A stretch of DNA of 64,000 nucleotides from Candidatus Calditenuaceae archaeon HR02 (GCA_002898395.1 BEHE01000012.1:1-64000); one strand, 5' to 3'; counted from the first letter of the stretch, positions 8,801 through 19,342 are shown. Notes: generated by a model from the letters alone, not told the origin. A program made the numbers and translations.

Positions 8801-9472
8801 ATGAAGATACTGCAGGTCAGCGATATTCATGGGTCGAGTAGAAGCGCGGTGATGATTGGGAGTAAGGCAAAGGATGTGGGGGCTGATATCGTGCTAGTGG
8901 TCGGCGACATTACTAACTTCGGCTCTGTAGAAGGGGCTGAAAAGATCTTGTCAACGATCGTAGAACTGGCGCATGTTCCTATCCTATTCGTACCAGGCAA
9001 CTGCGACCCTCCACAGCTCCTTAGCTACAGCCCTAGGTCCCAAAACCTTGTTAACATACATGCAAAGAAAATCCAGATTTCAGGCTATACATTTGTGGGG
9101 GTTGGTGGGAGTAAAACCACACCACACAGAGGCACGTGGATTGAGTTTAGTGAGGAGGAGTTGGGGGAGATATTGGCAGGCTTAGTGGGCGGCGATGGGT
9201 TAATAGACTGGGTTTTCGTCTCACATAACCCACCAATAGGTGTCGAGGTCTCGATGGCTGGCTCAGGCGTGGACTTGGGGAGCACTTCTATCAGAAGATT
9301 TATCGAGAGTTATAAGCCGATTGTCGTGTGCTGCGGCCACGTACATGAGGCGAGAGGCATATCATACTTGGGTGAGACGCCTGTCGTAAATGCCGGCCCT
9401 GCGAAAGAGGGATACTGCACTCTCATAGAGCTGCATGAAAGACACGCACACGTTTACCTAGATACCCTCTAG
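8801..9472 (+). CDS. calcineurin-like metallophosphoesterase (Icc-related)
   Basis: SDIHG, GDIT, PGNCD, SHNPP, CGHVHE. Confidence 0.9.
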   Translation: MKILQVSDIHGSSRSAVMIGSKAKDVGADIVLVVGDITNFGSVEGAEKILSTIVELAHVPILFVPGNCDPPQLLSYSPRSQNLVNIHAKKIQISGYTFVGVGGSKTTPHRGTWIEFSEEELGEILAGLVGGDGLIDWVFVSHNPPIGVEVSMAGSGVDLGSTSIRRFIESYKPIVVCCGHVHEARGISYLGETPVVNAGPAKEGYCTLIELHERHAHVYLDTL

Positions 9473-9996
9473 ACAGCCATTTTACTCATTAAAGCCTTCT
9501 CAATTTGGCTTAGCAGGAATTTCGCGAGGTCGGATGAATCAATGGGCCAGACATAGACGATAGGCTTCTTACAGAAGGTCTTCGCCTGCTCAATGGCGGA
9601 GGGTATCTCCTCCTCAGAATGGTGGCCGCCCCGCGTCAACATGATAGTAGCCACTACTATCACATCGACATCTGATGAACAAGCCTCTCTGAGGGCCTCT
9701 GGCAGCGTAGGCCTACAGAATTCGTTGAAGGCAGCCCACACTTGTTTGAACCTCTGCGTCCTTCTCAACTCTTCTGCTATAGCCATGAGGCCATAGAAGT
9801 ATGGATCGTTCTCAGGCGTCCTTGGTCTAGAGACGATCTCCTCCTCCAGGTGGCGGAAACGCTCATCTTCATGCTCTGTTCTCCTCTTCTCTAAAAGCTC
9901 AAAGTACTCCTTAACAATGTGTCGAGGGAGGTCTCTCGGCGGCTCGCCATGCCCCACTAGGATAAGACCAATACGGGGGCTCATATTCTGGCTCAA
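9469..9996 (-). CDS. CbiX/SirB family sirohydrochlorin chelatase-like protein
   Basis: LVGHG, AFNEFCRPT, RGGHHSEEEIP. Confidence 0.8.
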   Translation of the reverse strand: MSQNMSPRIGLILVGHGEPPRDLPRHIVKEYFELLEKRRTEHEDERFRHLEEEIVSRPRTPENDPYFYGLMAIAEELRRTQRFKQVWAAFNEFCRPTLPEALREACSSDVDVIVVATIMLTRGGHHSEEEIPSAIEQAKTFCKKPIVYVWPIDSSDLAKFLLSQIEKALMSKMAV

Positions 9997-10023
9997 GTCA
10001 CTACACCTTCCATGACTTCACGT

Positions 10024-11610
10024 TTAACCCGGTGTCGACTCGTACAGTTGCTCCGCCTCCTCAGCCTCAATCCTCTCGGCCTCCTTCAACATCTCGTCGG
10101 TCACCCCAATTTTCTTCAAGAGGCTCTTTATCTGGGGAGGCTCTTTATCTGCGAGCTCTGCGGAGAACTTCGCAATTTTTGGAAGGTATTTGGCGTAGAT
10201 GTTCAGTCTCTTCTTCACAGCCTCCCTCTTTTCAAGTCTGCTTAAGTAGCCCCTGAGGAATCTGGCACATTCTCTTACCGCAAGCGTCAACTCTCTCTCA
10301 ATTTCTGGCCTGTCGGCTATTGCCTCTTTTCCCACCGTCTTATAGGGGACTTTAGGAGAGCAGATACTCGTTATAACAGCTAGCGGGGCCTGTTTCGGCA
10401 CCTTATATGCAGCCCAGTCGATTTTCTCGGATATCACTTTCCAAGATACATCCGCCCTCTCATCGTAGAGAAGCGGAATCTTATTTGCGAAACGGTACAG
10501 GTGGATATCTTCCGTTTGAGGTATTGCCCCACCCCACGCAACAGCTACCTCAACGATGAAGGGGATCCCCGAATAGCTCGTGGGTGGTCTCTGGACAATG
10601 TGATAGAACTCTGGCTTGAAGAGGGCCTTTACACCCGCTTCGAGGAAAGCGGCTCCCACCGGTGAGAGGGAAGTAGTGTCTGGGGCCCTGAAGCCCTGGT
10701 AGTTCCTCATTACGTTAACGAGCTGGGCAACCTGCTCATGCGTCAGATCCCGAGGCCTCGTATGGGGGTCTATACTCGCGAGCTTCAGGACATCCATCGC
10801 GGTTTTCTCCCCAACCCTTTGGAACTCCTCAACAAGCATCCTCAACACGCTCCTAGCCTTGGTCTCGGCCGCAATCCTGCTTACCGTCTCGGCATCCACC
10901 CCCTGCGGATGTGGTTTAGCCTCCCGAGGTGGCTCGGGAACCTGTTCGGTGACACGTCTGAAGAAGTAGAAGCGGCCCTTAGGGTCTATGAAGGAGATGT
11001 TAGCGTGAGGATTAATGAGAGACGTCATCTTGAGATACTCTACTATCTTGGGTTTACTCGTACTGTAGTCTGCCTCCAGTGTGAAGTCAACAATGGTTCC
11101 CCGCCAGCCATCCTTGTTTTCGATCACCCTTTTATCGATTATCCGAGGCTCGTTTGAAACGATGTCAATCATTAACTGGTACTCGTATATTTTCCCCTTA
11201 CCCTGGCTCGAGACTATTCTGAAGGGCCTGTTAGTAGTTATCTGTCCGTATAGTAGAGCCATTGTCCCACCGACTCCGAATGTTCCCCTAGACTGCTTGA
11301 AGCCGTACTTACTTCCGTATAGGATTGTGCCAAAGGCTTTGGGGATGTTATCTCCGTCCACACCTATGCCGTTGTCCCTGACAACCAGACGATATATCTC
11401 GTTCCCACCTTCACCCTCGCCACCCTCAGAAGCTAGCTCGATAGAGATCTCCGGGAGTATTTTCCCCACCTCACATGCGTCGAGGGAGTTCTCTACAAGC
11501 TCCCTGATGCTCATGTATAGAGATCTGGCCGGACTGCTGAATCCCGCGATATCGCGGTTACGGTAGAAGAAGTCTGCAGGCGATATCTGCTCAAACTTTA
11601 CTTCAACCAT
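10024..11610 (-). CDS. top6B: DNA topoisomerase VI subunit B
   Basis: ISPADFFYRN, RELVENSLDA, DNGIG, QSRGTFGVG, RFANKIPLLY. Confidence 0.96.
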   Translation of the reverse strand: MVEVKFEQISPADFFYRNRDIAGFSSPARSLYMSIRELVENSLDACEVGKILPEISIELASEGGEGEGGNEIYRLVVRDNGIGVDGDNIPKAFGTILYGSKYGFKQSRGTFGVGGTMALLYGQITTNRPFRIVSSQGKGKIYEYQLMIDIVSNEPRIIDKRVIENKDGWRGTIVDFTLEADYSTSKPKIVEYLKMTSLINPHANISFIDPKGRFYFFRRVTEQVPEPPREAKPHPQGVDAETVSRIAAETKARSVLRMLVEEFQRVGEKTAMDVLKLASIDPHTRPRDLTHEQVAQLVNVMRNYQGFRAPDTTSLSPVGAAFLEAGVKALFKPEFYHIVQRPPTSYSGIPFIVEVAVAWGGAIPQTEDIHLYRFANKIPLLYDERADVSWKVISEKIDWAAYKVPKQAPLAVITSICSPKVPYKTVGKEAIADRPEIERELTLAVRECARFLRGYLSRLEKREAVKKRLNIYAKYLPKIAKFSAELADKEPPQIKSLLKKIGVTDEMLKEAERIEAEEAEQLYESTPG

Positions 11611-11719
11611 CTAACGTTATTTTCTCCGACCTCCTAATAGACTCATGCCTATCGGGGAGCGGCAAAAATGCTCTTAGAACTACGGAACGTCTTCGACCGT
11701 TCTGTAGGACATGGCCAGC

Positions 11720-12286
11720 TTAGTAAAGGTGTGTGAACTTCCTCTTCTGGGCGTAGCCGTCTAGGAACTTGTATACTGAGGTGTGGGGGGCACCTTTAAT
11801 CAGCATCTCGACTGCCTCCTTCGCCGCGTCTACATCCCTTATGCCCCCTATGATGGCTACAGTGTCTTGACCGACAGAGACATAGACATGCGCCGTCTCC
11901 TCTATTATTCTTCGAGTCTTTCCACCGGAGCCTATTATCCTCGCCTTAATCCTCGTAATGTCTTCCTTATCCTTACCAATGTAGGATGTCAAATCAATAA
12001 CTGCTAGGGCCATATCTTCTTGTGCTAAAGTCATCGCCCTGTCAGGGCTGAAACCATAGCCTATAGCCTCTACTATGTCCCTTGCCTTGAAGAGGTTTAC
12101 TGGGTCCCAGTTCTTGGCGTCTTCGGGTCTCGGGGTAATCTCCACGAGCCCCTCCTTCGAGTCTATCTTGAGCGACACACCCAGCCTCTCCTCAATCTCT
12201 TTCTTAACCCGTCCTCCAGTTCCTACCAGGACTGCAACCCTTTCCAGGGGGATACGTGATATGAACCGGGTCTGGGGGCTTGACAA
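11720..12286 (-). CDS. KH-domain rRNA processing protein Dim2/Pno1
   Basis: Two KH motifs (VGTGG, IIGSGG), GFSPDRA, GAPHTSVY. Confidence 0.9.
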   Translation of the reverse strand: MSSPQTRFISRIPLERVAVLVGTGGRVKKEIEERLGVSLKIDSKEGLVEITPRPEDAKNWDPVNLFKARDIVEAIGYGFSPDRAMTLAQEDMALAVIDLTSYIGKDKEDITRIKARIIGSGGKTRRIIEETAHVYVSVGQDTVAIIGGIRDVDAAKEAVEMLIKGAPHTSVYKFLDGYAQKRKFTHLY

Positions 12287-12332
12287 TTTCTATCCAGCCG
12301 CGTTGAATCCGTATATTTGGTGCCTGATAGAT

Positions 12333-12932
12333 TTATTCTCCCTCCCTTTGAGGTCCCCCCTCTTCCCCGGTTGTCGACTGGTGGGCTGGGTGCTGCATGG
12401 CCTCTTGTATTTTCCGCCTTATGGCGACGGGGTTGTCCTCAACACCCAAAAGCTCTGCGAAGAGCTTTGTAGTCCTCAGCAGGGAAGTACGGCCCTTCTT
12501 CTCTATCTCGACCAACCCGCGCTCAACCAGTTCTCTTATCTGGGCATAGGCCCGGCCACCCCGAACCGCGGCTACGGTAGACTTGTCCACAGGCTGGTGA
12601 TAGGCAATGAATGAGAGCGTTCTCAGAGCACCCACGCCAAGCACCGTCCTTCCCACATGCTTTTTCACCAGTACAAGCCATTCAGGTTTAACATGCATCA
12701 TATAGCTCTCCCCCCTAAACCTGGAGATTGTGAAGGCCCTCCCGGACTCTTCATACTCCTTCCTCAGCTCTTCAAGGACTGCCTCCACGCTCTTCCTACT
12801 CCTTAAGCCAGAGATCGATCGGAGCCGCTCTAGCGTTAGTGGCCTGTCGCTTAGGAAGAGGGCTGCCTCTATTATTGGCTTGGCGAGCGCCTCGCTACTC
12901 CCCCTGGCTTCATGCCTGGCTTTCTTTGACAT
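12333..12932 (-). CDS. scpB: SMC-Scp complex subunit ScpB
   Basis: IIEAALF, RTLSFIAYHQPV, RTTKLFAELLG. Confidence 0.9.
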   Translation of the reverse strand: MSKKARHEARGSSEALAKPIIEAALFLSDRPLTLERLRSISGLRSRKSVEAVLEELRKEYEESGRAFTISRFRGESYMMHVKPEWLVLVKKHVGRTVLGVGALRTLSFIAYHQPVDKSTVAAVRGGRAYAQIRELVERGLVEIEKKGRTSLLRTTKLFAELLGVEDNPVAIRRKIQEAMQHPAHQSTTGEEGGPQREGE

Positions 12933-13587
12933 TAGAGCCCCTCCATTTCAAGAATATGCGGCCTGTATGCTCATCCTCGTACAGCTCTACCACACCTCTT
13001 CCAGCAGCAATGAGCAGGAGGATAAACCTTCTAGCTGCCTCAAGCCTATCCACTCCGCGGAAGAGCTCGATCAGCGGGAAGATGTCAGCCTCCGAGAGAA
13101 GGCTCTCAAGGAATTTTATGAAGTCCTCGATCTCTTCCTCAATCTTGACCAGATACCTGTCCAAGTTTATGTCGGTCTGTAGCATATTGGTTGTCGTGGG
13201 TGTGGGTGTTGCAGACTCCATGACTGCTCGCAGAGCGCCAACTATCTCTAGGATGGTTGTAGAGAGCATTCCGGGTTTAACGGGTATGTCTATTATCGGT
13301 GGTACAATAAGGTTAGGCTTCGGCTTCTCCTCAGGCTCCCTAGCAGGCTGGAAAAGATGCTCAGATCTCAGCCGATGGATGTATGAGGCGCCCCAAAGGG
13401 CTACGCCTTCCTGCGGGAGAGTAAGCTGCTGGGAGGAAACAACCTCCCTAAACTGCATGAGAAGCGATAGGAGGTTAAGCCGGAGTATGATGGGCTTACT
13501 GAGCAGATGGACGGCTAAAAGTATGCGCCAGTCAACGTCCTCAGGCTTGGCTTTCCTCGAGCTTCGTAACAACGATTCTAGACTCAC
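12910..13587 (-). CDS. scpA: kleisin ScpA-like protein
   Basis: Between smc and scpB; C-terminal winged-helix-like RRFILLLIAAGRGVVEL; start uncertain. Confidence 0.7.
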   Translation of the reverse strand: MSLESLLRSSRKAKPEDVDWRILLAVHLLSKPIILRLNLLSLLMQFREVVSSQQLTLPQEGVALWGASYIHRLRSEHLFQPAREPEEKPKPNLIVPPIIDIPVKPGMLSTTILEIVGALRAVMESATPTPTTTNMLQTDINLDRYLVKIEEEIEDFIKFLESLLSEADIFPLIELFRGVDRLEAARRFILLLIAAGRGVVELYEDEHTGRIFLKWRGSNVKESQA

Positions 13588-16500
13588 CTCCCTGATTATA
13601 GACTCCTATAAGCTGGTCACCCTTCTCAGCGATAACATCCTTCAGACTGACCGCGATGACCTGCGCTCTCTTAGAAAACTCCTTCAAAAGGGACGCTAAA
13701 TTCTTGCTGTAGTTCGCATCCATGTGAGCGTCTACCTCATCCATTATTAAGAAGTCGGCTGGAGTTAGACCCTGGAAGGCCATTAAAAGTGCTACTGCAG
13801 CGACAGACTTCTCTCCCCCGCTAATGCTCCTCGACGGCCTAGGCGACTTCCCGGGAAAAGCAACAACCATCTCAACCCCCGATTGTAATGTATTTTCAGG
13901 GTCTGAGAATTCAAGCCATGCAGAGCCACCAGTTAGGGCCGTGAAATACCTCCCAAACCCTTCAGAGACCTTATTGAAAGTCTTCATGAATACCTCCAGC
14001 TTCTTCGCATCAAGTATCTCCAATATCTCAAGTATCTTCCTCCTCTCTTCCTCAAGCAAAGCCACACTCCTAGAACGGCCCCTATACTCCACTATTTGCT
14101 CCGAATACTGCATAGAGGCTAGCTGATTCACCATCCCTATTTCGCTAAGCTCTGCCTCTAGCTCCTTCTCGATGCTCTCCTTAAGCTCGCGGGGGAGAAG
14201 CGACAAATCTTCTAGAGGGGGCTCATTCATCAAGGATAGCCGCTCAAATAGAGAGTTCCTCCTCATGCTCAGCTCCACACGCGACACCGCCAAGTTCCGA
14301 GCTCTCGACTCGATCGATATTAGCTCCCCCCGTCCCTCCTCTATCCTGTTCTCGATGTCTGTCAACTCCTCACTCAGCGCTCCCCTAACTTTAAGGAGTT
14401 CAGAAACCCTTCTCGACAATGCATCGAGCTCATCGCTCTTTTGGGAGGATTTTCTCCAAGAATCTAGGTAGAGCAGCGCATAGTTGATCAACCTTTTTTT
14501 AGAATCTTCAGCCTCCCGCCACAGTCTCTCAACATTTCTTTCAACTTGCCCAATTTTTCCGACAAGATGATTACGCCTATTTTCTATCTGGTCTAACCGT
14601 TCTTTGAGAGACTTAACAGCTGTGCTCACTTCGCCAGCCCTACGCTCGATGGAATTAATCCTAAAGTTTAGGTCTTCTAGCTGGACTTGGAGGTTCCCCG
14701 CCTCGACATCTTCAGGGTCCCTAATCTCGCCGATCCTCGCTCTGACTTTTTCGAGATTCTCATAAAGATTGTTTCGAAGACTCGCTAGGTTAGATAGCTC
14801 GCTTCTCAAGCCCCTGACTCTCTCGGTTACCCTCTTTTCCTCCTCTCGCAGCTCTTCAAGCCTCATGGAGAGGTTCCTTATACGCGCCTCAACTTCTTGT
14901 CTCTGAACAGTAACATTCATAATCTTCTCCTCGACCAATTTATACTCCTGCCTCAACCTGCTGAGGGTTGCCGCACATTCCGCCCCAACCTCCTCAACAA
15001 CCCGCATGGTCTCCTCTACTCTGGCCCGGAGCCTCTCCAACTTTCTCCTCATGCCCACCTGCGCGAGAACCCTGAATACTCCATGCCCATTATAATGTAT
15101 GCCGTCTTGAGTTATGGCGGGCTGCTCCGGCTCAAGCCTGGCATCGACGCTTAGCATGTGCCTTGGAAAGATAGAGTGTAGTATGTTTCTTAACTGGGTG
15201 TTCTCCCCCGCTAGGTTGCAGGCTAAACATTTGGAGCCGCTGCAGCCTTTTTCTTCAGCATCCTTCAGACTTATCACTGACAGTCTAACCCCCCTCTCTG
15301 TTGCTGCTTTAGCGAGGGCTAAGGCTAGGCTGTCATCCTTAACGATTAACGCGTCAAGATAGTCTAGAATATATGTCGAGAGTTCTGAGTGCTGGGTGTT
15401 GAGGCTCCGGATATAGTCCCCAAGCCTCAGTATCTTGGAGTGGGTTGGAGATTGAGTATCTTGAGACCCTTCGTCTCGCACTTCACCTACACTGAAAGTC
15501 GCTAGAGCACCATCAATCTCTGCTCTCAGCCTCAACAAGTCTTCAGCACGCCTCCTAACCTCTCCTTCCAACCCCTCGTAAACGCCTATCTTTGACGAGA
15601 GCACCTGCAGATCGCTGTTTAATTGGGTTAAGAGGTTATTAACATCTTCAAGAATCACACGACTACGATCAAGCTCAGCCTCAACAACGCTTCTCTCAGA
15701 CTTAACCTTCTCAAGCATCCCTTCATCTTCTACTATTCTCTGCGAGACTTCGCCGACCCTCTGCTCGGTAAAAGCTATTCTAGCCTCAATCTGGCTCAAC
15801 TCTCTTGCCAAGTTAGATCGCTGAACCTCAATCGAGGCAACCTCATCCTTCCATTTCTTCAATGAGTTGAGTAGGCCCGAGCGCTGGTCCTTAAGCTCTT
15901 TCAAGAGATGTTCCAGTTTTTCAAGTTCACTTAGGTTTTGTTGGTATCTCTTTTCAGCTTCCAAACGTTCCTCATCAAGCATATTGATTTCTAGTCTTAT
16001 CGTCTGAATGCTTCGCAAGGACTCTAGAATCTCTTGTTTCAACTTAGAGTATCTGACACCCTCATTCCTGATGGACGATTTAAGAGACTCGAGAGATGTC
16101 CCATGACCCTGGTTCATTATCCTTATGCTGCTTATCTTGCTTTGTATCTCGTTTAACTCTGCCTCAACATTTTTGGCCCTCGAGAGCTTATCCTGCCTCT
16201 CCCTTAGCAGGTTTTCAACGCTTCGTGAAACTCTTGCCCGCTCTGCCTCGAGCAAGCGCTCCTCATCCTCGAGTGATGAGACTTTGACCTCCAGTTCTTT
16301 GAGTTCTTCCAAAAGCTTTTGCCTCCGCAGCTGTGAGAGATATCGCGAGATAAGCTGGTTCCTAGATAGCCTGCTCATCTCAAGCTCAAGCTGCTTAACC
16401 CTGCTTCTTAGCTCACTTAGGCCTGCTCGTGCAATGGCCACATTCTTCTCGGCTACTTCAAGCTCCTTCATAGCCTCGGTCTTGCGGCGATCAAACTCAG

Positions 16501-17002
16501 AGACACCTGCTACCTCGTCGATAATTCTCCGAAGCTCTTCAGGGCTTTTTTCGGCGATGCTTAGAACTGCGCCCTGGGTTATGATGTTGAACCCGCTTGG
16601 CCTGATGTTTGCCGAGGCTAGGATTGATAGGAGTTCGTTTCTAGATACTGTCTTTCCATTTACCCTGTAGACGCTCTCTCCACTAGTCAGAATTGTCCTT
16701 GAGATTATTACCTCATCAGTGTCTAGGGGGAGAGCCCTGTCAGTGTTGTCGAGCGCTAGGGTCACTGTTGCTTGGCCTAAACGCCGGCCATTATTTTCGT
16801 GAATAAGGTCTGAAAGCTTCCCAACCCTTAGCGCGTTGTTGCTCAGCTCCCCTAGGCTAAACTTTATAGCGTCTAGAACATTGCTTTTACCGCCGCCGTT
16901 GGGTCCTGTGATGACCACGAACCCCTTCTCCGGCTTTATAACGACCCTCTTAGGACCAAAGGACTTAAAACCCTGAATGGTGACTCGCTTGATGTAAACC
17001 AT
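13541..17002 (-). CDS. smc: chromosome segregation protein SMC
   Basis: GFKSF, GPNGGGKSN Walker A, long coiled coils, ISGGEKS signature, MDEVDAHMD Walker B. Confidence 0.95.
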   Translation of the reverse strand: MVYIKRVTIQGFKSFGPKRVVIKPEKGFVVITGPNGGGKSNVLDAIKFSLGELSNNALRVGKLSDLIHENNGRRLGQATVTLALDNTDRALPLDTDEVIISRTILTSGESVYRVNGKTVSRNELLSILASANIRPSGFNIITQGAVLSIAEKSPEELRRIIDEVAGVSEFDRRKTEAMKELEVAEKNVAIARAGLSELRSRVKQLELEMSRLSRNQLISRYLSQLRRQKLLEELKELEVKVSSLEDEERLLEAERARVSRSVENLLRERQDKLSRAKNVEAELNEIQSKISSIRIMNQGHGTSLESLKSSIRNEGVRYSKLKQEILESLRSIQTIRLEINMLDEERLEAEKRYQQNLSELEKLEHLLKELKDQRSGLLNSLKKWKDEVASIEVQRSNLARELSQIEARIAFTEQRVGEVSQRIVEDEGMLEKVKSERSVVEAELDRSRVILEDVNNLLTQLNSDLQVLSSKIGVYEGLEGEVRRRAEDLLRLRAEIDGALATFSVGEVRDEGSQDTQSPTHSKILRLGDYIRSLNTQHSELSTYILDYLDALIVKDDSLALALAKAATERGVRLSVISLKDAEEKGCSGSKCLACNLAGENTQLRNILHSIFPRHMLSVDARLEPEQPAITQDGIHYNGHGVFRVLAQVGMRRKLERLRARVEETMRVVEEVGAECAATLSRLRQEYKLVEEKIMNVTVQRQEVEARIRNLSMRLEELREEEKRVTERVRGLRSELSNLASLRNNLYENLEKVRARIGEIRDPEDVEAGNLQVQLEDLNFRINSIERRAGEVSTAVKSLKERLDQIENRRNHLVGKIGQVERNVERLWREAEDSKKRLINYALLYLDSWRKSSQKSDELDALSRRVSELLKVRGALSEELTDIENRIEEGRGELISIESRARNLAVSRVELSMRRNSLFERLSLMNEPPLEDLSLLPRELKESIEKELEAELSEIGMVNQLASMQYSEQIVEYRGRSRSVALLEEERRKILEILEILDAKKLEVFMKTFNKVSEGFGRYFTALTGGSAWLEFSDPENTLQSGVEMVVAFPGKSPRPSRSISGGEKSVAAVALLMAFQGLTPADFLIMDEVDAHMDANYSKNLASLLKEFSKRAQVIAVSLKDVIAEKGDQLIGVYNQGGESRIVVTKLEESQA

Positions 17003-17090
17003 TATCCGTTTTTCGTCATTGAATGATGCGGGTTTATATAGACATTGCTCGTATCCGCGGTAAGAATATTATCATGGGCCGGAGGCCGGT

Positions 17091-18476
17091 CTAACCTTTA
17101 CCATATACATACTTGTAGTGTGTCCCGAAGATGTCCTCAACCCTCTTTCCGACGTCTTCAGGCTCCACGTAGATGTCCATCAGTGTTTCCAGGTCTATCT
17201 CTTTCTCTCCACGCCTCTGCCACTTGTTCTCCAGCATATGCCTCATGCTCCACCGGACTTCGGAGACGTCTATCTGGCTTATGACTGGCTCGAAGAAGCC
17301 CATCGCAATCAGTCTAACCGCCTCCTCACGGCTTAAGCCCCTGGTCATCAGATACCAGACGTGGTCAGGGTCTACTTGACTTACGCTTGCTGAGTGTGTT
17401 GCCTTAACATTGTCGCTTTCTATCTCAAGTCCTGGTATTGCATCTGCTCTAGCGCTGGGACTGAGAAGCATCGCGTGTTCTGCCAAATAAGCACTGGTGT
17501 TCTTCGCGCTCTTCTCAATCTTAATGATACCCTTAAAAATTATTCGCGAAGTGTCAAGCCCTAAGCCTTTCACCATCACCCTTCCCGTTGTCCCTTCACC
17601 TCTATGAATCAAGTTTGCCGTTACATCGAACCTCTGAGACCCTGAGGCCATTGTAACTTCTAAAGTATCGGCGCGCGCCCCGTTCCCTACCAATATGTTG
17701 TCGACATGAGATTTAGTGACCCCACCTCCTAGGTTTGCGCCAATCCATGTCTGGGAGGCATAGTTCATGATGTATGACCGCCTATATATCGCCACCTCCG
17801 TATTGCTTGAGAGGTTGTTGAAGATGGCATGCTTTACTGAGGAGTTTTCCCCTCCGAAAACTGCAATGATGTGTCCCACAAAGGACTTCGCACCCACTCC
17901 ATATGTGTAATGCTCCTCCAACACTGATACTCGTGAATTGGCTCCAGCATAAACTAGTGTGACAGCGGAGGTTACCCCCTTATCTTCCCCCGTTAGCCAG
18001 ATGAGCCTGACCTTCACGTCTTCACCTAGGTTATCGGGAATGTAGACCAGTATGCCAGAGTTTATCGCGCTGTAGATTAAGCCTACCACCTTATCTTCCT
18101 CTGGTCTAATGCAATACTCTGTCAACATCTTCTCAACAAGCTCGGGCCTACGCCTTAGACCATCCCACAGAGTTTCCACCACAACTCCTTTCTCAGCCAA
18201 CTCTTCGGGAATATTAACTGTGAAAGTTTTCCCTGTGAGGTTAATCGCAAGCGGCTCATCCCGCTTCTCTAACAGTGGTGTAAAACGCTCGGGAAGTTTG
18301 TCGTCCCTAGGACCTCTTACAGACCCTATCCACTCATCGTCTACTGATAATTTCTCATGATGTTTGACGTAGAGCGGGTTCGTCACATACTCGAGAGTCT
18401 TATAGCTCTTCAAACCCCTTATCCTAAGACTTTCGAGCAGCATCTGATCCCCCTTTGATCTACTTGCCTCAGACAT
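17091..18476 (-). CDS. sufD: SufD family Fe-S cluster assembly protein
   Basis: ADAIPGLEIESDNVKATHSASV, YLMTRGLS, GFFEPVI. Confidence 0.85.
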   Translation of the reverse strand: MSEASRSKGDQMLLESLRIRGLKSYKTLEYVTNPLYVKHHEKLSVDDEWIGSVRGPRDDKLPERFTPLLEKRDEPLAINLTGKTFTVNIPEELAEKGVVVETLWDGLRRRPELVEKMLTEYCIRPEEDKVVGLIYSAINSGILVYIPDNLGEDVKVRLIWLTGEDKGVTSAVTLVYAGANSRVSVLEEHYTYGVGAKSFVGHIIAVFGGENSSVKHAIFNNLSSNTEVAIYRRSYIMNYASQTWIGANLGGGVTKSHVDNILVGNGARADTLEVTMASGSQRFDVTANLIHRGEGTTGRVMVKGLGLDTSRIIFKGIIKIEKSAKNTSAYLAEHAMLLSPSARADAIPGLEIESDNVKATHSASVSQVDPDHVWYLMTRGLSREEAVRLIAMGFFEPVISQIDVSEVRWSMRHMLENKWQRRGEKEIDLETLMDIYVEPEDVGKRVEDIFGTHYKYVYGKG

Positions 18477-18535
18477 TCTACAGGATAATTTTTCGCCAAG
18501 CCCTATTTAAGTTAAGAACAATTAACCACTCTAGG

Positions 18536-18874
18536 CTACTTTTCTATTCGAGCCCTCAGAAACTCCGGCAGAATACCCTTCTGCGCTAGGCTGAGGGCCT
18601 GATTCTTAGTGAACCTCCACCATATGTCGCCTCTCGTATCCTTCTGAAAGTCCCATGGGCTGACAAGGACAAGGTCACCCTCCTTCACCCATATCTTCCT
18701 CTTGAGCTGACCCCGAATCCTGCAGAGTCTTTGCTTACCATCTGAACAGTCTACAATTACCTTATCATACCCAACCATCTTCGATATCACTCCATATACG
18801 TCGTCAGGACCAGGCTCCGGCATATTCTCCAACTCTTTTGGTTCAGCGATTATTTTCCTCTTTCCCACGGCCAT
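18536..18874 (-). CDS. eif1a: translation initiation factor aIF-1A
   Basis: CSDGKQRLCRIRGQLKRKIWVKEGDLVLVSPWDFQ; start moved to MAVGKRK. Confidence 0.93.
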   Translation of the reverse strand: MAVGKRKIIAEPKELENMPEPGPDDVYGVISKMVGYDKVIVDCSDGKQRLCRIRGQLKRKIWVKEGDLVLVSPWDFQKDTRGDIWWRFTKNQALSLAQKGILPEFLRARIEK

Positions 18875-18889
18875 TATATACACAGCCCT

Positions 18890-19279
18890 CGATTTAAGGA
18901 TGGGTAAGCTGATCTCTCCTCTCCAAAAGTTTAAAGGGGTGAAGACGATGGAGGGTGCTGAGTCCTGGTACATCTAAAGCCTTAGAACGATCGGTTAAGA
19001 ACAGGTTCTTGGCCGGATTTTCGGAGGGTTTGGCTAGTACCTTAACGTCGCCCCCTACCTTAAGGCTGGTAAGCATTGTTTTTACCTCTTGGCTCCCGTC
19101 CCCATGATCAAACGGTAGGGCTCATAGGTATGAGGCCTTGGTAGTGGTTTGTCTGGAGTCCCACGTCACTCTCCACCCTTCTTACTAATTTGGTCGGATT
19201 ATTGGCGGCTATTATGGATTATGGATCATTAGGGATATTTGGTTGGCGAGCTGAGGCGCTCTAACCCATCCCTAAATCG
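18890..19279. repeat. ~390-bp segment bounded by a 19-bp imperfect inverted repeat
   Basis: CGATTTAAGGATGGGTAAG (18890) vs reverse complement of 19261-19279, CGATTTAGGGATGGGTTAG: 17/19 identical. Confidence 0.5.
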
Positions 19280-19342
19280 TTTTACTCTACAATCCAATTC
19301 TTAGACCATAAACTTTATTTTACACTTTTCCTGTTGGGGGTA

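Noticed and set aside
12910-13560. SMC and ScpA both end in ESQA
   Set aside because: Explained by overlap with Lys/Ala codons of the next gene's frame; too short to be significant
12839-13699. Long + strand ORF and other antisense ORFs in the track
   Set aside because: Shadows of well-supported genes on the opposite strand
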